From: Perna viridis
Taxonomy: Eukaryota
Assembly (NCBI GenBank): GCA_037379345.1
Contig: CM074514.1
Coordinates: 14,136,001 to 14,200,000, forward strand
Reading direction: 5' to 3'
Length of the DNA: 64,000 nucleotides
The notes under the pieces are model-generated. The model was not told the DNA's origin, did not search any database, and saw nothing but the letters and a program-made list of their open reading frames with translations. Each line of letters starts with the position of its first letter. The first letter of the stretch is position 1. Of this stretch, positions 44,801 through 57,119 are shown one piece after another. Made by a program: the position numbers and the translations under genes.

Positions 44801-47800
44801 ATAAAAAGTCAAGTCCGGGGTAGACAAACGAGGAAAGGAAAACTATGACCCGTTGAATAGATCAGTTTTCATGGTGCTGATGGATACACCATAACGATCC
44901 ACGAGTTTATGATGACGACCATAAAACTTCTGTAGTGATGACTTCAATCTTGTAGCAACATAACCCTGTTCCAGAAGCCTATTTGTTAGAGTTCTAGCGT
45001 GATACAAAAAGTCTGCATAGTTTCGGCAAGCTCTGGCATAACATATGAGTTGTGATATGAAAACTCCATACGCAGGAGCCGAAGGGATGTTGCCACAGAT
45101 GAAAGGAAAGTTAACAATTCTGAATGAAAAGTCATCATGTTTGTCGTAATGTTTGGTCAATAGTTTTCCGTTACCATCGATTTCTAAGTATAGGTCAAGA
45201 TATGAGGCTGACTTCACAGTGTCTGTAGTATCCTTTATCTCAAGTTCTTTTGGGTAGATGCGATGTATCAAATCCCCAAAATTAGGATTGTTTAAAGATA
45301 ATACGTCATCTATATAGCGGAAACTGAGATTATGTGAGGTGTTAAGTATTTCTACCCTGCCACAGGAAGGCACGAGGTATTAAGTGAGATGTTAAGTTTT
45401 TTCTACTCTGCCACAGGAAGGCATGAGGTATTAAGTGAGGTGTTAAGTTTTTTCTACTCTGCCACAGGAAGGCACGAGGTATTAAGTGAGGTGTTAAGTT
45501 TTTTCTACCCTGCCACAGGTAGGTACGAGGTATTATGTGATACCTTCAGAGATATTTTGTGGTTGATTGCCTGTCTGTCTGGCCACCAGCAGTTTCTAGA
45601 CAATAAATTGAAAATGGATCAATTTATTGTTTTGAAACTCTGCACAGTAATATATAATACGTTTAATTTTCAGTTAAATCCAAAAAAAGATTTGTTAATG
45701 CTGACACATTTGTATGGTGATATGTTTTTTGCCAACTACTTCTGTTTCTATGTATGTAATATATTAATTACTTTATATTCTTTGTTTTGTTTTTCCATGT
45801 CCTGTTTTTGTCCCTGGATTACATTTTTGTTATTTCAACTATAATGTTTGTTCCCTTGATTACTCTTTATGCCGTAACTCAGATTGGTAAAAATAATTAG
45901 TTTTTAGAAATTTGTTGTACATCATTGTATTGTAATTGATTTGTGTGGTCAGTCATCCTGCACTTGTTTTTTGGGGTTTTTTTTTTGTTTTTGTTTTTGT
46001 TTTTTTTTTCAAGGAGAAAACCTCACAAAATTATTCAAATTTTTACTTTAAATGAGAAAAGTATGATCACATGGAGGAGGACATGAACATGTTGCCTTCA
46101 TCACTATTATTCTCTTCAGATGATAAAAATTCACATCACTGACTTTTACCAATGTTATATAACACAAATGTATATATGTACTTTTAGGTATGATTAAACA
46201 ATTTTTGAGAGATGTAGATTGGGGAGAGTTGGATTATTTGATAATTGACACCCCACCTGGTACCTCTGATGAACATCTGTCTGTAGCTCAATATTTAAGT
46301 GAATCCAGCGTAGATGGAGCTGTAATCATCACAACACCTCAGGTAAGGTACACCTCAGACAGGGTTAAACTAACTGCAACTGAGATTTGTATCATTTAAA
46401 GATACACCTCAGTTTGGGCACACTTATAGGTGTAGATGAGCTGAACCTGTTACAGCTTCTATGACACATTTCAGATACATTTCATTTTCACACCATACCT
46501 TAAAGTAAGATACACTTCTCAATACTTGAAGCTATGACAAATTTTACATGTGTAAAAGTAAAAATGGCACCAAAATGGTTACAGGACCTAATGTTTTAAT
46601 TGTGTAAGAAATGATGTAACTTAAACTGTTGAAGTATTAATAAAACAATGAGATAATCAAAAATCAGAGGTGATCATTTCAAAATTGGCTCTTAAAATCA
46701 ACCAAAAATCACTGTAAACATATTAGGAATTATTGTGGCACTGCATCCAAATGATAATTGAAGAAACTGTCAGGGCAAAACATGTAAATCAGCTGTCATT
46801 AGGTCGGTCAAATTTTCTTGTATACCGTAACTTCTGTTATGGTGATCCATTGGTATAATAAATATAAATGAACAAAGGGAGATGATTCAAAATACTACTT
46901 TAAAATGTTACTGTTTGAAAAATGTAGTAACTGCTCTTGGAATTTAAAAAAAAAGAAAGAAGCAATTTTTTTTGGACATACACACACACAACATTGAAGG
47001 AGATTCATAAAAATGGTGTAGTGATTGAAATGTGGGATATTTATCAAATCACTGTGTCAAAAAGTTTGCATGACTTAATTTAGTATGTTAACACATTAAC
47101 CCGAAAAAAGGCTAAAATGAAATACAATAAAAATATGATTTACAACATCTGGTCAGTTCAGTCTATGTAACTTTTACTCTTTTAAAAATAAGCACCACAT
47201 GTTCATATTGTAAACGTGTCAATGTGTGATATGATCTATTACGTAAGTATGTATGGTGTCTAACTGATAAACAGTTTTATAAGTGTTGCATTAACACAGT
47301 ACCTGTTACAGATAGATGGATAGAATCAGCCCATGATGAACTACCAGTACCTACATTATATTCTTTATTTTGTCTTTGTAGGAAGTGGCCTTACAAGATG
47401 TTAGAAAAGAAATAGGATTCTGTAGGAAAGTAAACCTACCTATTATAGGTGTTGTAGAAAATATGAGTGGCTTTATCTGTCCCAAATGTAAGGTAAATAA
47501 CATTATCTTTAAGTGACAGAGTTAAAATTATTGCAAGTTCTGCCAGATTTTCAAAGAAAATGTCTCTTGAGTTCAAAACAAATATCAGTCCTTTAACAGG
47601 GGCATAGCCAGGGTATTATCAATACTATGACATGGATACATTTAAGATGTGATCTATCTTTTAACAGGGCCATAGCTAGGATGTGATCAGTCTTTTAACA
47701 GGGACATAGCTAGGCTGTGATCAATTCTTTAACAAGGGCGTAGCTAGATTGTGGTCAGTCCTTTAACAGGGACATAACTAGGATCTGATCAATCTTTTAA

Positions 47801-50800
47801 CAGGGGCATATCTGGGATGTGATCAATTCTTTAACAGGGGCGTAGTTAGAATGTGATCAATTCTTTAACCGGGGCATAGTTAGAATGTGATCAATTCTTT
47901 AACAAGGGCGTAGTTAGAATATGATCAATTCTTTAACAGGGGCGTAGTTAGAATGTGATCAATTCTTTATCAGGGGCATAGTTAGAATGTGATCAATTCT
48001 TTAACAGGGGCGTAGTTAGAATGTGATCAATTCTTTAACAGGGGCGTAGTTAGAATATGATCAATTCTTTATCAGGGGCATAGTTAGAATGTGATCAATT
48101 CTTTAACAGGGGCGTAGTTAGAATGTGATCAATTCTTTAACAGGGGCATAGTTAGAATGTGATCAATTCTTTAACAAGGGCGTAGTTAGAATATGATCAA
48201 TTCTTTAACAGGGGCGTAGTTAGAATGTGATCAATTCTTTATCAGGGGCATAGTTAGAATGTGATCAATTCTTTAACAGGGGCGTAGTTAGAATGTGATC
48301 AATTCTTTAACAGGGGCGTAGTTAGAATATGATCAATTCTTTATCAGGGGCATAGTTAGAATGTGATCAATTCTTTAACAGGGGCGTAGTTAGAATGTGA
48401 CAATCCTGTAACAGTGAACATAGCTAGGATGTGATCAGTACTTTAATTTGGGCATGGCTATGGTATTATCAATCCTTTAACAGGGGCATAGCTAGGATGT
48501 GATCAGTATTTTAACAGTGGCATAGCTAGGATGTGATCAGTATTATAACAGTGGCATAGCTAGGGTATGATCAGTACTTTAATCTGGGCATAGCTATGGT
48601 ATTATCAATCCTTTAACAGTGGCAAATCTAGGATGTGATAAGTATTTTAGCAGTGTCATAGCTAGGGTATGATCAGTACTTTAATTTGGTCGTAGCTAGG
48701 GTATTATCAATCCTTTAACAGGGGCATAGCTAGGTTGTGATTAATCCTTTATTAGTGGCATAGCTAGGGTATAATCAATCCTTTAACAGGGGCAAAGCTA
48801 GGGTATAATTAATCCTTTAACAGATAACAGATAGCTTTAATGATAATTTCAATAACAGGGACTTGGCTAGGGCATGGTAAGTCCAGTAACAGGCAGGTAG
48901 CATGATTAATGCATTAACATGGACAAAGCTATGGTTTGATAAATCCAGTAACAGTGGTTTAGCTTGGGTACGACAAATTTGATAGGTGATAAAATAAAAA
49001 GCCTCCCCACAATACCAAAAGGTAAAATATTTTTTTGGGTTATTTATACTATGGGAAGCTCTGGAAGCTGATTAACTTTCAACATTACAACAGCAAAAAT
49101 TGAGTCTTGGGTATAGGTGATTTACAATAAATTCTAAATAAAGAATTAGAAAACAAAACAAAAAACAGGATGCAAAGAGACAACAATCTTAACCAAACTA
49201 TAAAAAAAAAACAAAAAACAGCTAAATGTATGTGTAAACAGTTTATATGGACCTAGAAAGAGAGTAGGGTGAAAGAAATAGTAGTCCATTTTTTAGACAT
49301 AAGAGACTTGACTGCATGAAATGAAACCATTTCATCATTTGTATGATAATTTATTAAAAATACAATTTTACTAATTTAAAAACACCAAATTCACTGAAAT
49401 GCTTTTAAAAACCTACCTATCTTTGTCTTGTGAATAAAAAAAAATCACTATACAATGAATGATTAATGGAAGAATGAAAATAAACCTTCATGATTTATAT
49501 TGTAGAATGAATCCCAGATATTTCCTCCTACAACAGGTGGAGGAGAGAAGATGTCTGAGGAAATGAATGTTCCTTTCTTAGGAAAACTCCCTCTTGATCC
49601 TAGAATAGGTATATATACTGTTGTACTTAATAGGATTTAGTGCTAACTTTTCCCAAAGGTTATTGTAACATTAGATATTTTTCTTGGTGAAGTTAAATTT
49701 TTATTGAGCAATCATCATCTTTATATGTAAATACTTGTAAGGTTTCTAATACAGACGTTCTGTATTTGTGTTCATTTATATTTCTTCCTTTATTTTAAGA
49801 CCATGCTCATAATTATCAAAGACCATAGCTGTTTAAAAAAAAACAGGCCATTTGTTTGCCCATTTTCATGTTGTTTTTTTTTTGCATTTTCATCAATGGA
49901 CAAATGGTGATCATACCTAACAAGTAATATGAGGGAGGTGAAACTTTTTATGCTCCCAAAGAAACATTGATTAAAAACACCTCTGATAATTTTTGTCAGT
50001 TTTTATATATTATTCTTATAACCTTTCGATATGGTAAATTTTGTAATGATATACAGTTTTAATTGTTCTGACACATTTTCCTAATTGACATGGTCTGAAA
50101 TGCCTATGGGCAGCTATGTCCAGCATTCATAAGGAATTATGGATTGTCATGGTCGGAAATGTCTTTGTGTCAAGTTGTCAGGCATAGGTAAACATTATGG
50201 TTCCTATAAACTTTCATTTCCTTTTGTTTCGATTGTGTAATTTTTAAGTACCCAAGAATTATGGGTAATACTTATTAAATCATTTTCGAAAATATCTGGG
50301 CGCCATTCTGCAGACTGTTATGGCCAACCTTATCTTGGAAAAGCAATGATTCCATTTGTATTTTATCATCTAAACTAGTGAATAATTTCCAAGACAGGTT
50401 TGGTTCTCAATCACAGTTACAAACTATACGCAAATGAAGCTGCTGTGATGCTATTTTCAAGCTCCTGAAATTGATGCTTTTTCTGGCCGTAAGTAGTCAG
50501 AACCCAGTTGATAACGATCCCTTTGGGAGTGTATAAGTGTACAAATCTCTATATGAAATTATACCACTTTGTGCCATACCACAAAAGGAAGTTTGGGGGG
50601 GGGGTTTCAGGATTGTGATGAAATTTAGGAATTTTATTATTCCTTTATATATCATACCCCTCCCCTTTTTTTGTAAATATTGGATCCTCCACTGATTTTC
50701 AACAAGAGGAGTTGAAAGATCTAAAAAGGAATTATTTTGTCAATGTATATTGAATGTAACACCCTCAGTGGTCTCAGTGTTCTATGCTCACCTGGCATGC

Positions 50801-53247
50801 ATGGGGTCATGTGTTTGATTCCTTGCCAAGTCAGACAAAGACTTTAAAATTGGTGGTCACTGCTTCTGTGTCAAGCAAGCTTCATTTTAAAGATCTTTGA
50901 ACACCTTCATTATGTGGGTGAAATTAAGTGGCTTCAAATATTTAATTAAAATACCAAATTGTGTACTATATCAAGCCTGTATATTGTGTCTATATTTGCT
51001 CTAATCTGTTCAGGGTTTGACCATTTCAGTTGTATCAAGTTGTACTCTGTATTCTGCTTTTTCCTTTAAAACGCACTGAATAGAAAAGAACTATCAGTTG
51101 ATGAAATTATCTTTTGAAAAGGTGTGCAATATCTTATTTTTATAAAAGCCCTTCAAATGTCTGTTTTAAAGTTTATAAGGGTCCATGACAATCAAATTAG
51201 ATCTATATATAGGATATATTTGTAAAACTCAAGATTCATGTCTGGTTCTACAAAGATGTTCACAAACAGGCCCAGGCCTCAATTTCAATTTGAGATTTTT
51301 TATGAAACTAGACCCAGATCATATTGTTACATTAGTTCACATCTTGTAAAATTGCAAAACATTTGACGTCTTACTATGAAGCAGTCACTGTCACAAATGT
51401 GGCTAATTCGATCACACAAGCATGTCCAATGTTCAAATATCCAACAAAACCTATTATGCTCTTTTTATGAATTTGATGTAGCTTAGAGAGATGATATTTC
51501 CTTGATATCTTTACCATATATATATATGTGTGACCAGTATGATACATATTCATATTCATCGATGTGTTCTAAGGGTGTAAACCGACAATCATAAACAAAC
51601 TATTTTAAATTGTTAAAAAACAACATCTACTATATGCAAAATATTTGACAGAAAAAAGAAATGATTACAAGGGGTGATACAGAAATTTTTAAAAAGTTTG
51701 TATTCACGATTAATTCAGTTTGATATCTGGTATACCATCACAGATCATATGGTCCAATTTGTTCGAAATGGGCGAAGAGTGGCATTGTATTTCTTGGTTG
51801 TTCAAAAGTTGACCATTTTTTAGTTTCATGCTCATAACTTCATTCTATTTCCGTTCTCTTTTTTTATGAAATTGGCTCAATTGAATACCAGTACTTAATT
51901 TATGGCACCAATGAGTTCACGTTTATTAAAGGTAAGTGGCACTAATTTAACGCTGGCACAAAAATGCTATGGTGCAAAAGGAGGCATAATTTGTGCTGAA
52001 ACGGATATTTCATATCCATAAGATTGGTGTTAACATTCCTATGTTAAGCCATAATTAGACATTAAGCTCTTACTATTTTACAAGTTTGTTTATTGGTTGG
52101 TTCATGGCCTTAGAAAACATCTTAGGACTGGTTACTATAGCTCAAATATTTTGCATTCTGTTTTTGCTATAGTGCAGGTACAACAAATGAACCATAAATC
52201 CATAATAACTTAATAATGAATAAACGAAAAGGAGAACACAATCTCAATATACTGGTTCTCATAGGATACAATCTGTGAAACTAAAACCTACATCTGAGAA
52301 ACTGATGAAGGAATGCTCCGACTGGGTGACACCGCCAAACTCTCCTGTCTGTTTGAACATCTGATGTTTATTTACGACATATTCGTTACAACAATGAAGA
52401 CTGCCTTTGTGGGAACGATTAGTTTGTGATTGTTTGACGTATTAATTATGGGACATGTTTGTGACATCGGTCATGCTTGTGGGACCAGACATGTTTTGAG
52501 TCCTATATAAATAGTAGCACTGAATGGAACAATTGAGAGGTCTAATTTTAATTAGATTAGGGTCCATGAGTAAATCTATCACTGATAAGCATTCATTCTC
52601 TGTAGATATTCTTATATCCAGAGAAAAAAAATAATAATATGTTTAGTGTTGTCATTTAATTGTATTGATTGAGTCGGTAAATTTGACATAATCCTTTTTT
52701 CTCTTTCCAGGTAAATGTTGTGATGAAGGAAAGTCCTTTTTAAGTGCTGAACCGGACTCACCTGCCACAAAAGCCTATGTAGAAATTATCAGTAGTAAGT
52801 ATTCTGCAGTTAAAAATTAAGTTTATTTATATGTTAAAAATGTAGTTTTTGTTTTACTGTCCAAGCTTAGGATTGTGAATTGATTTGGCAGGAAAGTTTA
52901 CCTGCGTGATGAGAACCATAATCTGTAGGATGGAGAGATGGTTTTCTAGTTAGACATAGAAAGAATTAAATAATTATGTGTATAGCTGATTGAGCAAATT
53001 TATTCACTTCCAACATTGACTTTTTCTTTGAACATTTCATGTTGAATTATCTAATATCTAGTATTTGATGAAAATATACCAATATATAACCTGTTGTTTT
53101 AAGTGCATGTTTTAAATATTAAGTTATCTAATTCGTAAACAAAAAATGTTCACATTTGTTTATATTATTTTTTCAGAAATTCAACATTATTGTAAACAGT
53201 TTGTCCAGAATCGTAGCACAGACACTGGGGAGACCACTGCTAGTTGA
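26888..53247 (+). CDS. NUBP1: Cytosolic Fe-S cluster assembly factor NUBP1 (Nbp35), 11 exons, 328 aa
   Basis: Exons 26888-26918, 27583-27687, 29287-29420, 39689-39757, 40681-40713, 42794-42884, 46188-46342, 47382-47492, 49506-49608, 52711-52794, 53177-53247 total 987 nt. Motifs: N-terminal CPG...C-x2-CPNQSIC Fe-S motif, deviant Walker [43 protein letters not shown]. Intron 3 is GC-AG. Confidence 0.97.
29376..29638 (+). repeat. ~52-bp tandem repeat x5 made of the NUBP1 exon-3 end plus donor site
   Basis: AGCTCATCTAGCTCATGGCCTGGCTGCTCAACCTGATACCCAG|GCAAGTAAC followed by four diverged copies. Confidence 0.9.
34597..34787 (-). mobile_element. Penelope-like element 3'-end fragment
   Basis: Matches the 3' tail of the RT-bearing copy at 44620 (...GTCCCTGGATTACATTC...CCCTTGATTACTCT). 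Confidence 0.85.
38277..39183 (+). repeat. ~72-74-bp minisatellite, ~13 copies, NUBP1 intron 3
   Basis: Unit TCCATGATATTCTGTCACACAGGCCAATATACATGTCTCCTGCAGTCTCCATCAAAAGAGAAACTGATACAGGG, with a sequence gradient along the array. Confidence 0.9.
39304..39508. mobile_element. PIF/Harbinger-type (Tourist-like) MITE
   Basis: TIRs GGCCAAAAAATAT...CTTGTTTCCTGCTA / TAGCAGGAAACAGGCATATTTTTTTGCC, with TTA on both flanks. Confidence 0.65.
43959..44142. mobile_element. Fold-back (palindromic) MITE-like element
   Basis: ATATAAATAGGATTATCAATTGG...AATAACCAAAATACGATCAC pairs with GTGGTCATATTTTGGTTATT...CCAATTGATTATTCTATTTATAT, and pairing continues to the centre. Confidence 0.7.
44470..45541 (+). repeat. 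~51-bp minisatellite (3 + 4 copies) interrupted by a Penelope-like insertion
   Basis: Unit GAGGTGTTAAGTTTTTTCTACCCTGCCACAGGTAGGCATGAGGTATTATGT at 44470-44619 and 45329-45541. Confidence 0.9.
44620..45328 (-). mobile_element. 5'-truncated Penelope-like retroelement (RT C-terminus; probably Naiad-type with C-terminal RT)
   Basis: Open frame [12 protein letters not shown]...SASYLDL...[12 protein letters not shown]...AYGVFISQL...LQKFYGRH ends at 44843 with no downstream GIY-YIG domain. ATTAT is duplicated at both junctions. Confidence 0.85.
45725..45868 (+). mobile_element. Degenerate Penelope-like 3' tail, inverted relative to the 44620 copy
   Basis: TTTGTCCCTGGATTACATT...GTTCCCTTGATTACTCTTT. 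Confidence 0.7.
47587..48830 (+). repeat. 34-bp minisatellite, ~36 copies, NUBP1 intron 8
   Basis: Unit TTTAACAGGGGCRTAGTTAGAATGTGATCAATTC, with a homogeneous core at about 47820-48400 and diverged flanks. Confidence 0.95.
50758..50892 (+). mobile_element. Truncated copy of the tRNA-headed SINE seen at 1295
   Basis: TGGTCTCAGTG (A box), GTTTGATTCC (B box), AAAGACTTTAAAATTGGTGGTCACTGCTTCT. Confidence 0.7.
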
Positions 53248-53545
53248 TTAATGTAATATATACACCTTTGAAGCAACGATCAGGCCAAGAAAATATTCTG
53301 TGTTTCTGTTATTTGGACTGGTTCTATTATTTTGTCTACCCTTTTACTCAGATATTTTTTGTCATTTTCTCTAACATGCCAGAAATTAGAATTTTTTCCC
53401 TCAGAAACTTGTGAAATGTTACATGAACAAATTTATACTTAAAATTGTATTCCGTACTCGTCATCTCTAGAGTATGTACCATTGGAAGCACAGATATTTT
53501 ATGGTTGGCTTAATACACTAATTAAGATACAGATCTTACTGATTG

Positions 53546-53551
53546 AATAAA
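53546..53551 (+). terminator. Candidate NUBP1 polyadenylation signal
   Basis: AATAAA about 300 nt after the stop codon, followed by T-rich sequence. Confidence 0.5.
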
Positions 53552-54581
53552 CTGCTGTTTATTTTTCTGTCATTCATTTCATCAAATTGTTATTTTCACT
53601 GATGTTGATGACATTTATATTTGATACTTCGTTCTCACTTTATTAACAAAGTACTGTAGGTTAAATTCTAGTAGTGTGAAATCCTAAACCTTTGACAAAG
53701 CTGAGATGAAAAAACCTTAATTAAATTACCATTGTTAAAAGAGTTCTTTATACGAGAACATGTGACATTATTGACATTTTGATGTGAGTATAGTGTAGCT
53801 GCTAATTTCATTTAATTTCAGTCAGTTAAAATACTATTAGCAGCAGTTATATTTTCGAAATAAATTTATGAAAAAATATCATAATTTGAAGTTGTCTTGG
53901 ATAAGGAAGAGTCTACTTTGGGTCTATATTTCCTTCAACATTACAGTTTCATGTTTTTCTTCTATGTTCAGAATAGTATTTTTGTGTTAAAGTTACATAT
54001 TTACATTCATTCTGTGTTTTAAAAAAAAACAATGCTGTGTTATATATTTCATCTCACATCAGTTGGAATTTCATATATACATTGTACTAATCTTGGGTAG
54101 AAAGCCCATACATGTTCCCAATGTTGGGGTTCGAAATTTTATTACATTTCCAGACTGAGCCTTTACCCCTGCAGCATTTTGTCAGAATTTTGGAATGATC
54201 ATGATAATCAGAAAAAGGTTGACATTAAATTATATTTGGAAACCTGTTCATCCACATTTGTTCTGATAGCATTACATCTAAGGCACTATCCATAAGCAGA
54301 AAAGGAAGGCTGGGATCTTTTTTTAAAAAAAAAACAATATTCTGAATTTAGTAAAATAATTATTCTATATTTTCCCTATTCCTTAACAAGGTAGATTTTC
54401 AAATATTGATTTTGTTTGCTGCTGAAATAAAAATAATGCGCTGGTACTAGAAATAAAAAATGATCTTGTTCAACATGAAATCATGGGATAAAAATTGTAG
54501 TTGTCAATATGCTAACTTAAAAGTCATTTTGCCACTTTCGTTGTGGCCAAAATTGTGTCAGATATTACATCACAATCCAAA

Positions 54582-54976
54582 TTACAGCTTGTTGAAATAG
54601 ACCAGTTCTTATTTCAAGTTATCTAGGCTAGTGAGTAATTTAAATAGCTTGCTTGGTAGAAATCTACCCTACATTTTACCAATGTGTCTTAACTACCACA
54701 GACCACCTGTGTGATCTTTTAGACACTGTTTTTAAATTTTGAATAACTGTCAATTATGATGACCTTATCCTTTAAATTTGCCATTCACCATCATAATTGA
54801 CTGCAGTTTAAACTTACAAGACTGTCCAAAAGATCACCCAGTTGTTCTGTGGTAGTTAAGCAGCACACATTGGTATAATGTAGAGCAGATTTGTACCTTA
54901 AGAGTTATTTAAATCACTCAATTGCCTGTCTAGATTTGTATTGAAATAAGAACTGGTTTATTTCAACTAGCTGTAA
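54582..54976. mobile_element. ~395-bp fold-back MITE (Tc1/mariner-like ends)
   Basis: TTACAGCTTGTTGAAATAGACCAGTTCTTATTTCAA ... TTGAAATAAGAACTGGTTTATTTCAACTAGCTGTAA. Arms pair over ~180 bp, with TA outside CAG..CTG. Confidence 0.8.
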
Positions 54977-56138
54977 GAGCTGTATGGAGTTAAAATCTTG
55001 TATCAGTGTTGGCATCTGCGGTCGTATCAAGCTGTGTCATGTGAAGTATTTTATTGTAAAAAGAAGACATTTTTTTTGTCTGGATTGTCCCTTTATACTA
55101 ATTTGAACTTAGGTCACACCAATCCTATAAATTATTTTAATGGAGCATTCCACAGGTGTTTGTCCAATGATGACCAATTACATTAATGTTTGTCACATTT
55201 CCCTAAAATTGTACACAGTCGTGTCTGATGGTTTTAAATAAAGTGTTTTGTTTGCTGTAGTTTCGATCTTGGTCCATTTCAAAGGAACACCATGATTTTA
55301 TATTATTCTAAAAAGGGGTTGGGTACTTTTAGTTGTTTACCTTGTCATGATGAATTAAACGGCCGTTCACACAAGGAGCAGGGTAAGCACCGAATAGAAC
55401 TACCTTAGATCCCCGAGTACTTGAAAACAATGTTACAAAGAATGTAAAGACTCACTAAGAATTCAAATATAAACATCGAACCTTTGTCAAATACAATATT
55501 TTTAACCATGTGCATTGTTCATATACTTGTTCCATATGTCAATATAGTTTGTGATTCGAACCTGCTGTTTTTGATTTTTATGTTTAGTTATTTTATAGTC
55601 TGCGGAATTATTTGGACGTGATAAAAATTACCGGTTTCCAATTTCTGTACCACTGAAAAATAAAAATAAAATGAAAATACAAAAATTCATATACGGGGAT
55701 ATTGTCTAGACGCCGAATCAATAAAAACTCAGAGGGGCCCTTGTTCCTATCAGTGACCGGTTACACACCCCCTAAAAAAAATAAAAAATGGAAAATTCTC
55801 GGCCTTTAATTTTATTTACGCCCCTAGTCTGAAACCCTGGATCCCAGTAGACTTTAGAAAGTTGTACAGCAGAAACGTTTGCTTCATTTTTTTCGAGGGT
55901 GGAGAATAGAGTATAACGATGAATAACCGTATTTGTAATGTTTTAAATACAACGACCCCGCTATGCATTTCTGTCGCGATTGTTCTACAATAAGAAAGGA
56001 GATGAACACGTTTGTGCATTGAACACTATTACGGGGAGGCGAAAGTAGCTTTTAAGTGCAAAATCGGTTTTCAGTTCTATTTTTTTATACTATTTTATGT
56101 CTATACTTGATAATAAGACAGTTTTACAATGAAGTCCC

Positions 56139-56651
56139 TCCCCGTGCAGGTCCGGGTGTTAAAAGAATAGACCTGAGCAGCGCTAAGCTTGTCGTAAAAG
56201 GCGACTAAATAGTGCTCAGAACCCTAGCCGGGGGCTAGGGCGCTCTGCCCACAAAGCAACTGGGATGTGTGCCCCAGGTGGTGGAATGGCGTACCCCTGG
56301 CGTGTTACATGCTGGGGTTGTCAGGCTATAATACGAAAAACTTGACCGCAAACCATAGTGGTGCACCGTGTTGGGAAAGATGCCACTTTCCTCGCACGTT
56401 AAAGAACCCTACTGTGGTATTCTCCCGGAGTAGGAACCATAGGGCTCCGCCACAGGAGGCTAAATTGCCCGACCCTACCCACCTCTCCCTATTTCCAGTG
56501 GCAATCAAAATTTGTCGACCCCATTGTCCTTGTGTCCCATCCCTTTTTCATTTCATCATCATTTCATGTTCATTTTATCATCAATTTCATGTTCATCGTC
56601 TGAATATAGCTGAAATATTGCTGCTCGGACGTTAAACCCCAACAAACAAAA
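56139..56651 (+). mobile_element. Young 513-bp SINE-like retroposon with structured non-tRNA head
   Basis: 11-bp TSD AATGAAGTCCC (56128-56138 and 56652-56662), Deu/Nin-like core GCACGTTAAAGAACCC, LINE-type tail ATATAGCTGAAATATTGCTG...GACGTTAAAC followed by (CAAA)n. Confidence 0.85.
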
Positions 56652-57119
56652 AATGAAGTCCCAGACGTGAGCATGGCTGGTGTAAAATATTGTTCAGCTG
56701 TTTATAAAAGCTCTTAAAAATAAGCATATTGATATATCATAAAGGTAAACATGAGCTATCTGTGCAATCTCAAATTAGTGTGCGCAAATGTAATATAAAA
56801 TCTAAGGAATTTACAATATATCACATCATGCTTTGATGTCAAAATAATCTTTAAAATCATTTCTATGAATTTCAGCTTAGGGAAAATAACACGAGAAATG
56901 TCGATGATTCCAACAGTTATCTCAGTACCGAGAAAGAAATATGAGCTTAATCACAATGAATGTATGTTTCCCTGTCCAATAGTGAAAAAAAACTTTTCCG
57001 TAGAAAATAGAAAATCTAAATGACATATTATTTTAATCAATAAACAGAACTTCATCAGTACTATAACGCCCGACGTCAACTAAGTTCTGAGCAGAATAAC
57101 TAGAAAACGAGAACGTGGC

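Noticed and set aside
52264-52430. Coding-looking segment in NUBP1 intron 9 ([32 protein letters not shown], or [11 protein letters not shown] in another frame) and CTGATGA...CTGA snoRNA/hammerhead-like motifs
   Set aside because: In the phase supplied by exon 9 it reads GYNL*. I found no partner exons, no hammerhead stems or GAAA core, and box C is non-canonical.
56186-56220. Pistol or HDV ribozyme assignment for the SINE head
   Set aside because: The hairpin plus UAAAUAG resembles pistol, but the loop has no downstream pseudoknot partner, and the strand order does not fit HDV. Kept only as an unclassified candidate.
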